From IMG/VR virus record IMGVR_UViG_3300032087_004917: a stretch of DNA of 64,000 nucleotides; one strand, 5' to 3'. The notes under the pieces are model-generated. The model was not told the origin of the DNA. It made no database searches and saw only the letters and a list, made by a program, of their open reading frames with translations. The translations under genes were made by a program, and so were the position numbers. Source of the stretch: an uncultured virus (IMG/VR IMGVR_UViG_3300032087_004917) (lineage: Duplodnaviria; Heunggongvirae; Uroviricota; Caudoviricetes). The first letter of the stretch is position 1, and every line of letters begins with the position of its first letter. Shown here piece by piece: positions 34,328-44,212 of the stretch.

Positions 34328-35625
34328 TACCTAACCTTTTTCTTTTTGCCTCTCCTTTTATTTATCTTAACTTCTGCCTCTTTTTGTTTCCTAATTTCAG
34401 CCCTACGCATTTTATCTTCGATTTCAGCCTTCGCTTTCAAGGCTTCGTTTTGCTGATGTTTTTGCTGCTGCTCCTCAAGCCAATTTGCATAGTGTCGGAA
34501 ATTGTTTACGATTCTCTCTTCTTGTTCTTTTGCAAATTTCTTTTCAGAAAGGAGTTTGTTGCTAGCCTCAAGACCAGCCATCATGTCTCCAGCATAAAAA
34601 GCCACAGAGGCAAGTTCGTCCCAACACATCCATCCGTAGATATCAGCGTTCAAGAAAAGAATATCTTGATGGGGATACGGAATCTTCACAGCCTGTTGTG
34701 CAAACATATACGCCAACCTTGGGTTTCCATTTTCTCTATGGATTCTGGCAAGTTGATACAAAGGTTCAGATCTATGTGGTCGCATGTTCCACGCTTGGAG
34801 GAAGTGGTCTTGAGCCTGCTCCCACGGCTTATTGAGAAGACATTTGCAGATTGCCACTCGATAGACTGAATACCAAACTTCTTCTTCCCATCCACCCATC
34901 TCAGCACGCTTTTGATACCACTCTAGTGCTTTTTCAAATTCCTGTGCGTCAAACCAAGATTGAGCGGCGTAAAAAGTGTAACGATGATTTTCGGGTTCGT
35001 AGTTTTCGTTTTCTGGATTTGTCAAACAATCAATCAAAGTTTCGGCATCTTTTGAATATTTTGCCTTTTGATCGTCCTTGAATTCTTTGGTTCGATTACC
35101 CATCGTTCTGGCTTCGATATGATAATCGCCACCAATTTTATCGAGTGTAGCCTCACCCAAGCCTTGATCTCGTTTGCCTACGCAGTCTGCGTATTCGTGA
35201 ATAACACCTTTGTATTCCCAGCCAAGACCCGTTTTAAACATTTGATGTCTCCACCAGTTGAAGTCGCCTCGGTGAATCCAAAGTGCATACGCATCATGCT
35301 CTCCAAAATTTTCTGGGTATTTAAAATTACCCTCGACTATATCATCAGCGTCGATGACCCAAGCGTAGTCTGCCTTGCCATCACAGTTTCTTAGAGACTG
35401 AGTTCTTGACTTACCAAAACCTTGCCATGGAATATCGTGTACCTCACCCGGAATACCTTTCTCTTCAAAGAATTCCTTGATGATTTCTTTTGTTTTGTCG
35501 GTTGATCCGGTGTCAGAGATGTCGTACCGATCAATATACGGAGCCATTGACTCAAGGCATTCACGAATGATATGCTCTTCATCTTTAACAATCATACACA
35601 AAGTTACAGTAGGTCTTTTACTCAT
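34327..35625 (-). CDS. GT2 glycosyltransferase with TPR repeats (protein O-glycosyltransferase type)
   Basis: [27 protein letters not shown] helices (FYAAQS..A..WY.KR, P.R.E). Confidence 0.9.
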   Translation of the reverse strand: MSKRPTVTLCMIVKDEEHIIRECLESMAPYIDRYDISDTGSTDKTKEIIKEFFEEKGIPGEVHDIPWQGFGKSRTQSLRNCDGKADYAWVIDADDIVEGNFKYPENFGEHDAYALWIHRGDFNWWRHQMFKTGLGWEYKGVIHEYADCVGKRDQGLGEATLDKIGGDYHIEARTMGNRTKEFKDDQKAKYSKDAETLIDCLTNPENENYEPENHRYTFYAAQSWFDAQEFEKALEWYQKRAEMGGWEEEVWYSVYRVAICKCLLNKPWEQAQDHFLQAWNMRPHRSEPLYQLARIHRENGNPRLAYMFAQQAVKIPYPHQDILFLNADIYGWMCWDELASVAFYAGDMMAGLEASNKLLSEKKFAKEQEERIVNNFRHYANWLEEQQQKHQQNEALKAKAEIEDKMRRAEIRKQKEAEVKINKRRGKKKKVR

Positions 35626-35635
35626 AATATTCCTT

Positions 35636-36376
35636 TCAAAGTGACCACAAGTTGTCGCTTAGGTATTTATCTAAAACAATTCGGTCTTTATGACACTCAT
35701 AGATTTTTTGAAAATGTTTGATTTGTGGAATTTGTTTGTGTTGCTCATTTTCATTTAGACCGTATCTTTTGAATTTCTCTGCCGATCCGCCTTTTGTGTA
35801 CCAACTTTCGTGATAAGATCTTACCCACTTTCCCATGTCATAAAATGTCATGCCCGTCATAAAGATTTCTTTGACCTCGTACATTAACATAAGAAGAACA
35901 CCGTTGTACCCTGTATTTGGTAGACACGTTTCCTCGCCGCCCTGACTTGCTATGAACTTCCTAAGACCATTTTCTCCCTCAAAAACTTCTGATGAAACTT
36001 GATGATATGGAACACCAACATCCTTCAAAAAATCACCAGTTTTTTCGTAGAGATCTCCGGGTGTTTGTGCGCAAATCAAACACTCACATTTTTTCATATC
36101 ATAGTAATCGTCTTCTGTGAACGAGTTCATGTCGTGATCGTTATAACTATGCACGATTATATCAGTTCTGCTACCGTAGTCTTTTGCGACATCATCTCCA
36201 CGAAGAATGTCACCAGTTCGAACCACCAAATCATAAGAGTCAATTTTTTCCCCGTAACCAGTGTCAACATTTTGGGGTGCAGGACCGACGTACGCGATTC
36301 TTTTATCTTTCAGAAGACTAGCAAGGTTTTCGTCTTTAACATAGTTTTCTCCAAGTGGTTTTTCAATCCAATCCAT
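35636..36376 (-). CDS. GT29 sialyltransferase-like protein
   Basis: Sialylmotif L-like IAYVGPA..GEKIDSYDLVVR..DYGSRTD; S-like PNTG..MTGMTFY; C-terminal His. Confidence 0.75.
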   Translation of the reverse strand: MDWIEKPLGENYVKDENLASLLKDKRIAYVGPAPQNVDTGYGEKIDSYDLVVRTGDILRGDDVAKDYGSRTDIIVHSYNDHDMNSFTEDDYYDMKKCECLICAQTPGDLYEKTGDFLKDVGVPYHQVSSEVFEGENGLRKFIASQGGEETCLPNTGYNGVLLMLMYEVKEIFMTGMTFYDMGKWVRSYHESWYTKGGSAEKFKRYGLNENEQHKQIPQIKHFQKIYECHKDRIVLDKYLSDNLWSL

Positions 36377-37427
36377 GTTTAATTAGTTCCTTCCACTCAG
36401 TGATGAGATTTTTTACGGTGTCATCTTTAGTCATGTTTTTAACGAACATAACCCCTGCCCTTTCGCAGAAGATAAATCTGTAATCAGTTTTAGTGTTCTT
36501 TTTGTCCTTTTTCAGATAGGTAATCATATCATCAATGCTTAAATTTTCAATACAAAAAGTTTTATAAATTTTAGACATAATCTTATTATACTTTTTGTAA
36601 TCATCCTCACTCATAAAGCCCTGAGTGTATGAGATATAATTAGCACAGTCCATGCCATATGCCACTGCGATCCCATGAGGAATTGCGTTGTTCAACGCAC
36701 CCTCTATCGCATGACCAAATGAGTGACCATAATTCAAAATGATTCTTTCTCCCGTGTCAAACTCATCATTCTCAATGAATTTTTCTTTGATTGATAAGCA
36801 TCTTGAGATCAACTTTAAGATTGGTGTCTCACCCGAAAAGCATTTTTTAAATAAAGACAAACTATCATCACCAGCGATCATCACATAATGAAGTAGTTCA
36901 CCAAACCCAGACATTCTTTGTTCTTCTGACAAGGTGTCAAGGAATGTAACATCAATATAAACGGCACTCGGTGGATAAAAATTACCTAAAGTATTTTTGT
37001 ATCCCGCAAAGTTAATAGATGTTTTTGATCCAATGCAACTATCCCCTTGGGACAATAAGGTTGTGGGGATAAATACCCATTCAATCCCACGGAACAAAAT
37101 CGAGGAAACAAAAGAGGTGACATCTTGTGTGACACCACCACCCATGGCAACAAGTTTTGTTCGCCTTGTTACACCGAGATCCAAAAGTTTTTCAATAAGT
37201 TCTTTTGCACCATCATATGACTTTTGCCATTCAGACGCGGATAACTTTACAAAATTGACTGCATCAAAAAAGTCTTTTCGTGAGTCGTAAAGATAATCAT
37301 CAATTACAAAAATGACCTCTTCATCTCGATACTTCTCAATGACTTTTTTATGATCACAAAAATTAACAAAGTAATCTTTGATTGAAGAGTTGATTTCAAT
37401 ATCACTCACAGAGAAATCCTCCATCAA
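36363..37427 (-). CDS. AroB/3-dehydroquinate synthase-like sugar-phosphate cyclase
   Basis: GGGVTQD, RGI..IPTTLLSQGDSCIGSKTSIN, LNYGHSFGHAIE, HGIAV, DKK. Confidence 0.9.
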   Translation of the reverse strand: MMEDFSVSDIEINSSIKDYFVNFCDHKKVIEKYRDEEVIFVIDDYLYDSRKDFFDAVNFVKLSASEWQKSYDGAKELIEKLLDLGVTRRTKLVAMGGGVTQDVTSFVSSILFRGIEWVFIPTTLLSQGDSCIGSKTSINFAGYKNTLGNFYPPSAVYIDVTFLDTLSEEQRMSGFGELLHYVMIAGDDSLSLFKKCFSGETPILKLISRCLSIKEKFIENDEFDTGERIILNYGHSFGHAIEGALNNAIPHGIAVAYGMDCANYISYTQGFMSEDDYKKYNKIMSKIYKTFCIENLSIDDMITYLKKDKKNTKTDYRFIFCERAGVMFVKNMTKDDTVKNLITEWKELIKHGLD

Positions 37428-38106
37428 CGACTATGTTCTGTCCGGTGATGTAGGTATTTTGATCGCCACACAAGAACATGACAGCGTTTGCCATCTCCTC
37501 AGTAGCACCAAGTCTACCCATTGGCACTCTACCTTCAACTTCACAAATGCCCTCTTCACCTAAAACTTTTTGGGTCAAGTCTGTTTTTGTAAATCCGGGT
37601 GAAACTGCATTCACCAAAACACCATGCTTCGCTAGTTCAAGAGAAAGAGTTTTTGTCATGCCGATAAGACAAGACTTTGACATGGTATAAAGAAGTCTAT
37701 GCTCTCTTGAAACGACCCCGTAGATAGACGATATGTTTACGATTCGTCCATAGCCTCTTTGACGCATATTTTTCGCAACAATTTGACTAATTTTGAATGG
37801 TGCTTTGACATTCACCGACATGAGTGTTTCATAGTCCTCATCGGTAAATTCATCAAACGGTTTTACGATGTTAATGCCTGCGTTGTTGATGCAAATGTCA
37901 AAGTCCATGTCACGAATTTTTTCATAAAAACGCTCACAAGAATTTTTGTTTGTAAAATCAACCTGAAAAAACTCATTCGACTCACCTGTTGTGCAAGTGC
38001 CAAAAACGTAAGCACCTTTACGTTTCATCATATCGAAAATCTTTTTACCGATGCCTCTTGATGCACCTGTTACCAAGACCGCTTTTCCATTCAAGTTCAT
38101 CGCCAC
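37402..38106 (-). CDS. short-chain dehydrogenase/reductase
   Basis: TGASRGIG, NNAG, YTMSK, NAVSPG, ITGQNIVVDGG. Confidence 0.93.
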   Translation of the reverse strand: MAMNLNGKAVLVTGASRGIGKKIFDMMKRKGAYVFGTCTTGESNEFFQVDFTNKNSCERFYEKIRDMDFDICINNAGINIVKPFDEFTDEDYETLMSVNVKAPFKISQIVAKNMRQRGYGRIVNISSIYGVVSREHRLLYTMSKSCLIGMTKTLSLELAKHGVLVNAVSPGFTKTDLTQKVLGEEGICEVEGRVPMGRLGATEEMANAVMFLCGDQNTYITGQNIVVDGGFLCE

Positions 38107-38109
38107 CTC

Positions 38110-38421
38110 TTACACACAATTTTCAAAGTAGTTGTCAGCGTTATCGGCTTTATCATCAATATAGACATCTGCGGAAAACTTCACTCCGACTCGGAGATCG
38201 TGATAATGAACGCCCCACGCTTCTAATTGTTTCAATGTGATATCAGTCCAATCTTTACCCCGTGTCGCACCGCTACCTCTAGCGGTATCAATGATAATAG
38301 TATGACCAGCATCATACAAATCATTCACATGTTTGATTCTTTTCACAAAAGGCTTTGCGTTTTCGTAATCCAAATCTTGTTGGGAACACAAAGTCCCATC
38401 GAGGTCAAAACAATAAATCAC
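38110..38421 (-). CDS. small HAD phosphatase (capsule-biosynthesis type)
   Basis: FDLDGTL, TARG, YIDDK. Confidence 0.88.
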   Translation of the reverse strand: MIYCFDLDGTLCSQQDLDYENAKPFVKRIKHVNDLYDAGHTIIIDTARGSGATRGKDWTDITLKQLEAWGVHYHDLRVGVKFSADVYIDDKADNADNYFENCV

Positions 38422-38984
38422 GCAGTGCCATACTTTCTCACAAGTTCAGCCTTGATAGTTGGACACTTGTGACCAAGATTGTAGACCATTTCGTAGAAAC
38501 ACATGACAGAAAGAATTTCGTGCGTATGGAAGTAATCAGTCTCAAAGTTAACCTCTGGGATGTTTGGATCGAGGCAGTTTGATTGTGATCCCGAAATCAA
38601 ACCTGCGTTCCAATTATGTCTTTCATTTGCCCAATGCAAAGCAGAGATGACATTCTTAGAGTTTCCCGATCCAGAAAATCCTACCACCATACCCTTTTCG
38701 TTGGGATTAACATAGTGTTCAAGCCAATTGGTAAAGATGTTTTCATAACCAAAATCGTTTGCGATTGAGGTGAGAAGTGATGGGCTGTCAAGACAATAAA
38801 CTCGTTTGTCTGTCAATCTTGTAATATCAGCGGCGGCGTGACTTGCCACTGCCATGTTGCCACCATTACCAAGGACATACACGGCTTCTGCATCTTTGAT
38901 GCCCTGAATAATTTTAGACCACTCTTTAGTAGAAATACCTTTCTTAAATTTTTCTTCAAGATTTTCAAATGGTGCATTTTTCAT
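38418..38984 (-). CDS. SIS-domain sugar-phosphate isomerase (GmhA-like)
   Basis: GNGG..ASH, TSIANDFGY, SGSGNSKNV. Confidence 0.88.
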   Translation of the reverse strand: MKNAPFENLEEKFKKGISTKEWSKIIQGIKDAEAVYVLGNGGNMAVASHAAADITRLTDKRVYCLDSPSLLTSIANDFGYENIFTNWLEHYVNPNEKGMVVGFSGSGNSKNVISALHWANERHNWNAGLISGSQSNCLDPNIPEVNFETDYFHTHEILSVMCFYEMVYNLGHKCPTIKAELVRKYGTA

Positions 38985-40147
38985 TTCATGTTCCCTTTCG
39001 TTTGTTGCATGGAAATATTTAGAATTTTCAAAAAGGTGTTGATTTCATTTCTATCAACGGCAAGATTTGGTCTAACCCTCAATGTCCTTTCGCCAGCCAT
39101 ATTACAGATGGCTCCGTTGTCTTTAAGTCGTTGTAGTAGTTTACCTCTAAACTCATTACTTTCAACATCAAAAGCGATCATTAGTCCTTTTCCTCTTGCA
39201 TTTTCTACGCCATCAATTGATCGAAGTTCTCCGATCAAAATTTCACCCATGTCCTTTGCATTTTCCAAGAGGTTTCCTCTTCTATACGCTTTCATAATGT
39301 AAGTGCCGCGAAGCATATCAACTAAGTCACCGTCAAAAGTTACACAAAGTCTGTGATCCAAGCCAGATGAATATTTTTCTGATGTCATCACACCAGATAC
39401 CTGTGTTTTTTTACCAAAGGCAACGATGTCAGGTTTAATATCAAAGTGTTCAAAACACCAAACTTTTCCAGTTGTCCCGAATCCTGTTTGCACCTCATCA
39501 TAAATCACAGGGACATCAAATTCCTTTGACACCTTACTAACGTCCTGCAAAAAATCTTTTGGCAAATGATTATCACCGAAGGTTGATTGAATAGGCTCAA
39601 CCAAGACACCAGCGATGTCACCTCTTGACAACTCTGCCTTGAGTTCTTCAATGGTGCTTACCTTTGCCCAATCAAAGTCAGGAAATCCTGATAATCTTTC
39701 TGCGACAATACCAAAATGACTGGTCGCAAAATTTCCATATCCAGCGGTTCCGTGAAAACTATTATCAATAGCAATCATACGTTGTTTTTTGGTGTGATAC
39801 ATCGCAAGTTTACATGCACTCTCAACGGCTAAGGAGCCTGTGCAAGTAAAGTGATACTTATCAAACAATCCCACCCCCGCAAGGTCATGAAAGTGTTGAC
39901 AGAAATTTTGTCGAACATCACTATCAAACTCACAGTTTGTTGTTTTGACTGATGCCAAGTATTTCAGTTGTTTGTAAAAAGACTCATCGAACACTGGGTG
40001 GTTATATCCGAGTGGAAGAGAGGAATACATTCCAAAAAAATCTAGAATGTTTTTATTTGTGTTTTTATCAAACAAAAAAGAACCATGACTTTTTTCAAAG
40101 TCTAGGCAAATGTTCCAGAATGTCGCATCATTAAATTTTGTAGACAT
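38981..40147 (-). CDS. class III PLP aminotransferase (lysine 6-aminotransferase-like)
   Basis: LGYNHP, SFHG, EPIQ, DEVQTGFG, FGKKTQ, RGKGLM. Confidence 0.9.
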   Translation of the reverse strand: MSTKFNDATFWNICLDFEKSHGSFLFDKNTNKNILDFFGMYSSLPLGYNHPVFDESFYKQLKYLASVKTTNCEFDSDVRQNFCQHFHDLAGVGLFDKYHFTCTGSLAVESACKLAMYHTKKQRMIAIDNSFHGTAGYGNFATSHFGIVAERLSGFPDFDWAKVSTIEELKAELSRGDIAGVLVEPIQSTFGDNHLPKDFLQDVSKVSKEFDVPVIYDEVQTGFGTTGKVWCFEHFDIKPDIVAFGKKTQVSGVMTSEKYSSGLDHRLCVTFDGDLVDMLRGTYIMKAYRRGNLLENAKDMGEILIGELRSIDGVENARGKGLMIAFDVESNEFRGKLLQRLKDNGAICNMAGERTLRVRPNLAVDRNEINTFLKILNISMQQTKGNMK

Positions 40148-41264
40148 GTGCTACATCCGCTCTACTCACTGCAAGACGGGCGGCAGGTTTATCGCCAATA
40201 CAAGTGATTTTGTGCCACTTGTTTTTTGGAATGTAAACAATGTCGCCTTGCTTCACCGTGTGGTCAACACCTTCGATTTCAAAGTTCCATTTACCCTTTA
40301 GAATATACCACCATTCATTCCAAGAGTGATGGTAGTGCCTTCTGTTTCCCTCTCCGGGTTTCTGATGGATGACACAACAACTGTTACTTTCACTATTCAC
40401 AATTCTCTTGATCCAAGATGAATCATCACCCTCTCTTTCAAGAAGTTCAGGAATGTTTGTAATCAGATTATTTTCATCGTCATAGTTTTCATTTTTCACA
40501 CCATCATCTCTAATGATTGTAGGGACATCTCTTTCTTCGTGGATGCCGCTATGAAGTCTTGGGTCATAGTATTCTGGATCAACATAAGACTGCATGTGCC
40601 GACTACCCATGATTTGCTCCGCGAGGGAAAAGTCATCTACGGTGTCAATGTCAACTGTTGCAAATCCAGAAAGTGTGTAAAACCCTGTTTTCCCACTACC
40701 ACCGTGATATCCAGAGTCATACTCGGAAATATTTTCTTTAAACTTTTCAGACTTCCATGCCATCAAGCCACACGCATATGCCTTTACGGGGGTCAGTGAT
40801 TGTGATGGCGGTGTTTTTTCTTTTTGCTTGAAGTTTAGTGGTTTATTTTCATACATGCACTCGATCTGCACATCGGTGGTTGAAATCAGCGTGTCATAAT
40901 CACCGTCGTTCATCATTTCAAAAAATTCAATAATGTGTGCTGCCTCGATAAATGGTGACGTTGCCAAAAATTGATACAAAGTATCACACTTTACGTTATT
41001 GATAAAGTCAAGAACAAAGTCATCATTCGTGGCTTCGTCTGTTGAAAGAGCGTCAGGTCTTTTGTAAAACTTGATACCATAGTCATCAGCGATAGTTTTC
41101 ATGATGTCTGACTCTGAGTTCAAATAGATCTCATCAAAAACGCCAGACCGCTTAACGGCATCGATGATGTAACCGATCAATGGTTTGCCATTGATCAATC
41201 TAAGATTTTTATTGTGGACTCTTTTACTTCCAAGCCTCGCTGGGATCATCGCAACATTTTTCAT
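40131..41264 (-). CDS. CMP-ulosonate (NeuA/KdsB-like) cytidylyltransferase fused to a cupin
   Basis: IPARLGSKRVHNKN, TSPF, DIDT; C-terminal HYH..E..H cupin. Confidence 0.88.
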   Translation of the reverse strand: MKNVAMIPARLGSKRVHNKNLRLINGKPLIGYIIDAVKRSGVFDEIYLNSESDIMKTIADDYGIKFYKRPDALSTDEATNDDFVLDFINNVKCDTLYQFLATSPFIEAAHIIEFFEMMNDGDYDTLISTTDVQIECMYENKPLNFKQKEKTPPSQSLTPVKAYACGLMAWKSEKFKENISEYDSGYHGGSGKTGFYTLSGFATVDIDTVDDFSLAEQIMGSRHMQSYVDPEYYDPRLHSGIHEERDVPTIIRDDGVKNENYDDENNLITNIPELLEREGDDSSWIKRIVNSESNSCCVIHQKPGEGNRRHYHHSWNEWWYILKGKWNFEIEGVDHTVKQGDIVYIPKNKWHKITCIGDKPAARLAVSRADVAHVYKI

Positions 41265-42520
41265 AAAATATTCTCCAAAGAATTTATAAATCTATTTCGT
41301 TTTTCATAATCAGTCGTATATCTCAACCAGACTGACATTATAGTTGGAACAAACATATTGTCAACATCACAGTAACCAACAGGATGCCACATGTGAAGTG
41401 CCTCTGCCTTTTCATCATGACAATATAATGCACCGTTTCCAGCATGATGAACATTTTGTTGTTTTAGATTTGGATTATTTTTTAGTTCAAGTTTACTCCA
41501 AAAAATTGAATCTTCTGGTGCGTAGCCATAAACAATTTGTGGATCAAACCCACCAACCGAAAGCATGTTCTCTCTTCTAATCGCAAGAGATCCACCGGGG
41601 GCTTTTAGATCAGCCATTGGTGGAATATGACTACCACCCTGTGTTTTGGGAACATAATCCAACAAATCCACCTGTTCCCCCTTTGAGTATTGTGTCACAA
41701 GTTTTGTGGTTTTTTTCTCCGACATGTAAATCACACGCCCACCGTAAAATGGTTGATACCAAGTTGGGCTATTTTGGTTTTCGATTCCACTAATGAACTC
41801 CTCGGTCACAAGAAGGTCAACATCGTGATTCACTTGCCATTCAAAATTCATCTCACGAAGAACGTGATTGAAGCATAGTGATTTATTCATGAACATGTCA
41901 GTGTTGTAAATCGGGTGGCGTTTCGGTGTTCTATACGCAGAGAAATTTTTGAAACCTAACTTTTTACTTAATGAAACGGTGCTTTCGTAAATCGGATCGT
42001 CCGAGTTTTCTTGAATATAAAAAGTCAGATTCCAGTCGGGTCTATCTTTGAGTAATCTGTATAAATTTACCAAAAGAGTATTAGCGTGATTTAATCTAAT
42101 CTTTTGATTGTCATTTTCCCTGATAGGAACAACAATATTATATTTTCCAGTGACGTTGGTGTTGTAACGATCCGCTTTGATCAAATCATAATTTATTGGT
42201 TTACGACGAAGGCTAAGAACTCTATCAATGTAATTTCTATCATTGACTTCAATGTGTTTGAAAAAAGATAGAGGATCAATGTTTCCCCATAAGATCCCGG
42301 TCAATACACCGAACATCGAAAACTCACGGTCGCCTTTTTCTAATAGCCTACCTTTTGATTTTGAGTACCACCTTTGAGAATCACCAATAATTGGCGCACT
42401 AGAAAGAAAGCGTTGCAAATCCTCTTGATTTGCATTCATAAACATATGGTGCATGAAAGTTTTTAAATGTTCATGTCCCTGCCTGTTTAGAGTCTCAATC
42501 TCATTGAGATTTTGCGTCAT
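41261..42520 (-). CDS. GT-A glycosyltransferase (GT7/GT2 galactosyltransferase-like)
   Basis: IVVPIR, NKSLCFN, HDVDL, GGFD..GYAPED, HMWH. Confidence 0.75.
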   Translation of the reverse strand: MTQNLNEIETLNRQGHEHLKTFMHHMFMNANQEDLQRFLSSAPIIGDSQRWYSKSKGRLLEKGDREFSMFGVLTGILWGNIDPLSFFKHIEVNDRNYIDRVLSLRRKPINYDLIKADRYNTNVTGKYNIVVPIRENDNQKIRLNHANTLLVNLYRLLKDRPDWNLTFYIQENSDDPIYESTVSLSKKLGFKNFSAYRTPKRHPIYNTDMFMNKSLCFNHVLREMNFEWQVNHDVDLLVTEEFISGIENQNSPTWYQPFYGGRVIYMSEKKTTKLVTQYSKGEQVDLLDYVPKTQGGSHIPPMADLKAPGGSLAIRRENMLSVGGFDPQIVYGYAPEDSIFWSKLELKNNPNLKQQNVHHAGNGALYCHDEKAEALHMWHPVGYCDVDNMFVPTIMSVWLRYTTDYEKRNRFINSLENIL

Positions 42521-43412
42521 TCACTGCCTCACTGATCCAATCTTCAAATTTCACCTTTGGCTCCCAACCCAAAAACCTTTTGATTTTTTCATTGTTTGCC
42601 CGTGTAAATCGTGCCTCGCCCAAACGTGGCTCGATCATTATTGTATTATCAGAAATCATTTTTGCAAGTTCGTTTACCGAAAAATTTGTTCCAGTCCCGA
42701 CATTGAAAACTTGTCCGTATTTCTCTAGTTTTACGGTTGACGCAAGGATGTTTGCACTTACCACATCAGAGACATGAGTAAAGTCTCTTCTTTGTTCACC
42801 ATCGGGGACGATAGTAAGTGGCTCTCCTTTTTTCATTTGTTCTAAAAACAAACCGACTACAGGAGCATACTGTCCACGAAGTGGTTGACGCTCTCCATAA
42901 ACGTTGAAGTATCTGAAAATCACAGTTTCAAGACCAAACAAATCAGAATACATTTTACACAACTTTTCGCCGGAGACTTTTGAAACGGAGTAAGGATTTA
43001 GACAATCATCGGGTTGTGTTTCAACTTGGGGGACTTCGTTGATTAATCCATATGCTGATGAGGTGGATGAATACACAACTCGTCTAACACCCATATCTCT
43101 TGCTGCCTGTAAAACTGAGCAGGTTCCATATGAATTGGTTTTCACGGCAAGTAAAGGATTTTTGATCGCTGGTTGTATTCTTGCCTCGGCAGCACAATGA
43201 AAAACGGTATCGACACCTTTAAACAAATGTTTAATTTTGTCATGATCGCAAATGTCGTGCTTGTAATACTTTGCTTTATCATTGTAGTAAAAATAATCAT
43301 GAGCATCAGATGATTCATTGTCGATAACAACAACACCATGTCCGGCACTCACTAGTCTGTCAACGATGTTTGACCCAATAAAACCCGCACCACCAGTAAC
43401 CAAGTATTTCAT
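42501..43412 (-). CDS. NAD-dependent epimerase (UDP-Glc/GlcNAc 4-epimerase type)
   Basis: TGGAGFIGS, PYSVSK, RYFNVYG, RDFTHV. Confidence 0.92.
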   Translation of the reverse strand: MKYLVTGGAGFIGSNIVDRLVSAGHGVVVIDNESSDAHDYFYYNDKAKYYKHDICDHDKIKHLFKGVDTVFHCAAEARIQPAIKNPLLAVKTNSYGTCSVLQAARDMGVRRVVYSSTSSAYGLINEVPQVETQPDDCLNPYSVSKVSGEKLCKMYSDLFGLETVIFRYFNVYGERQPLRGQYAPVVGLFLEQMKKGEPLTIVPDGEQRRDFTHVSDVVSANILASTVKLEKYGQVFNVGTGTNFSVNELAKMISDNTIMIEPRLGEARFTRANNEKIKRFLGWEPKVKFEDWISEAVNDAKSQ

Positions 43413-44212
43413 TGATTCACCTCCTCAAGAGGATATGGAAGGCAGTCTAGTTTAGAGTATCTTTTACTTTGCCTAACTCTGTCGGCAGTTTGCTCTTGTC
43501 TGACCACACCTTTTTGCTCTGTTTGTAAATGATCAACTTTGTCCTCTGCCAAAATATTGGTTCTGTTGTAAACGTACATTACGTCTGGAACGTATTCAAA
43601 TCTATCGCCTGCCATTTCAAGCATCGGGAACATAAAAGCAAAGTCTCCAGCCATGCTATAGTATTCACCATCAGTATCTCTCAAGTCATTGTCATCGATG
43701 GACAAAAACAATTCTCTTCTAAACGTTCTAAGGTGTGATGCAAGCCATCGATATGATCTAAAATCATTACTTTCCACGATTTCGTCAGGGTATCTGTGAA
43801 AGAATCCTTTTTCGAAAACTCGATATCTGTCCTCACCGTGATACTCACAATATGTCCCGTAAGACATCCACACATCTTCCGTGTAAACCTCATTGAGTCT
43901 TGTAAGTGTATCTGCATCGGGGAGCCAGTCATCAAAATCAAGTGTAACAACAATAGAGTTTGGCTTTGAATTTTTTACACCAAACAAAGTGTTTTCAACT
44001 TGAAATGATCTTTTGGGGCTTCTAAACAACTTGAAATTATCGAGATGCTCGTATTCTTGAAGAGCCTCATATGTTCCATCATCAGTCAGTGCATCAACGG
44101 CAACAATTTCAAAATTTTTGTAATTTTGTGCAAGAACAGATTCAACGGCTCTATTGATCCACTCTTTTGAATTATAACCAACCATCACAATAGAAAAGAA
44201 ATTTTCACTCAC
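43409..44212 (-). CDS. GT2 glycosyltransferase
   Basis: YN..WI..AVESV..QNY, TDDGT, LDFDDW; likely GTG start. Confidence 0.85.
   Translation of the reverse strand: MSENFFSIVMVGYNSKEWINRAVESVLAQNYKNFEIVAVDALTDDGTYEALQEYEHLDNFKLFRSPKRSFQVENTLFGVKNSKPNSIVVTLDFDDWLPDADTLTRLNEVYTEDVWMSYGTYCEYHGEDRYRVFEKGFFHRYPDEIVESNDFRSYRWLASHLRTFRRELFLSIDDNDLRDTDGEYYSMAGDFAFMFPMLEMAGDRFEYVPDVMYVYNRTNILAEDKVDHLQTEQKGVVRQEQTADRVRQSKRYSKLDCLPYPLEEVNQ

Noticed and set aside
33831..34334. PVD/PVA-repeat ORF on the plus strand, and the repeat as a possible CRISPR or DGR element
   Set aside because: It is the reverse complement of the G-x-T collagen repeat; 9-bp coding periodicity with no spacers
36363..37427. AroB as a shikimate-pathway auxiliary metabolic gene
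   Set aside because: No other aro genes; embedded among sugar-activation genes and a GT29
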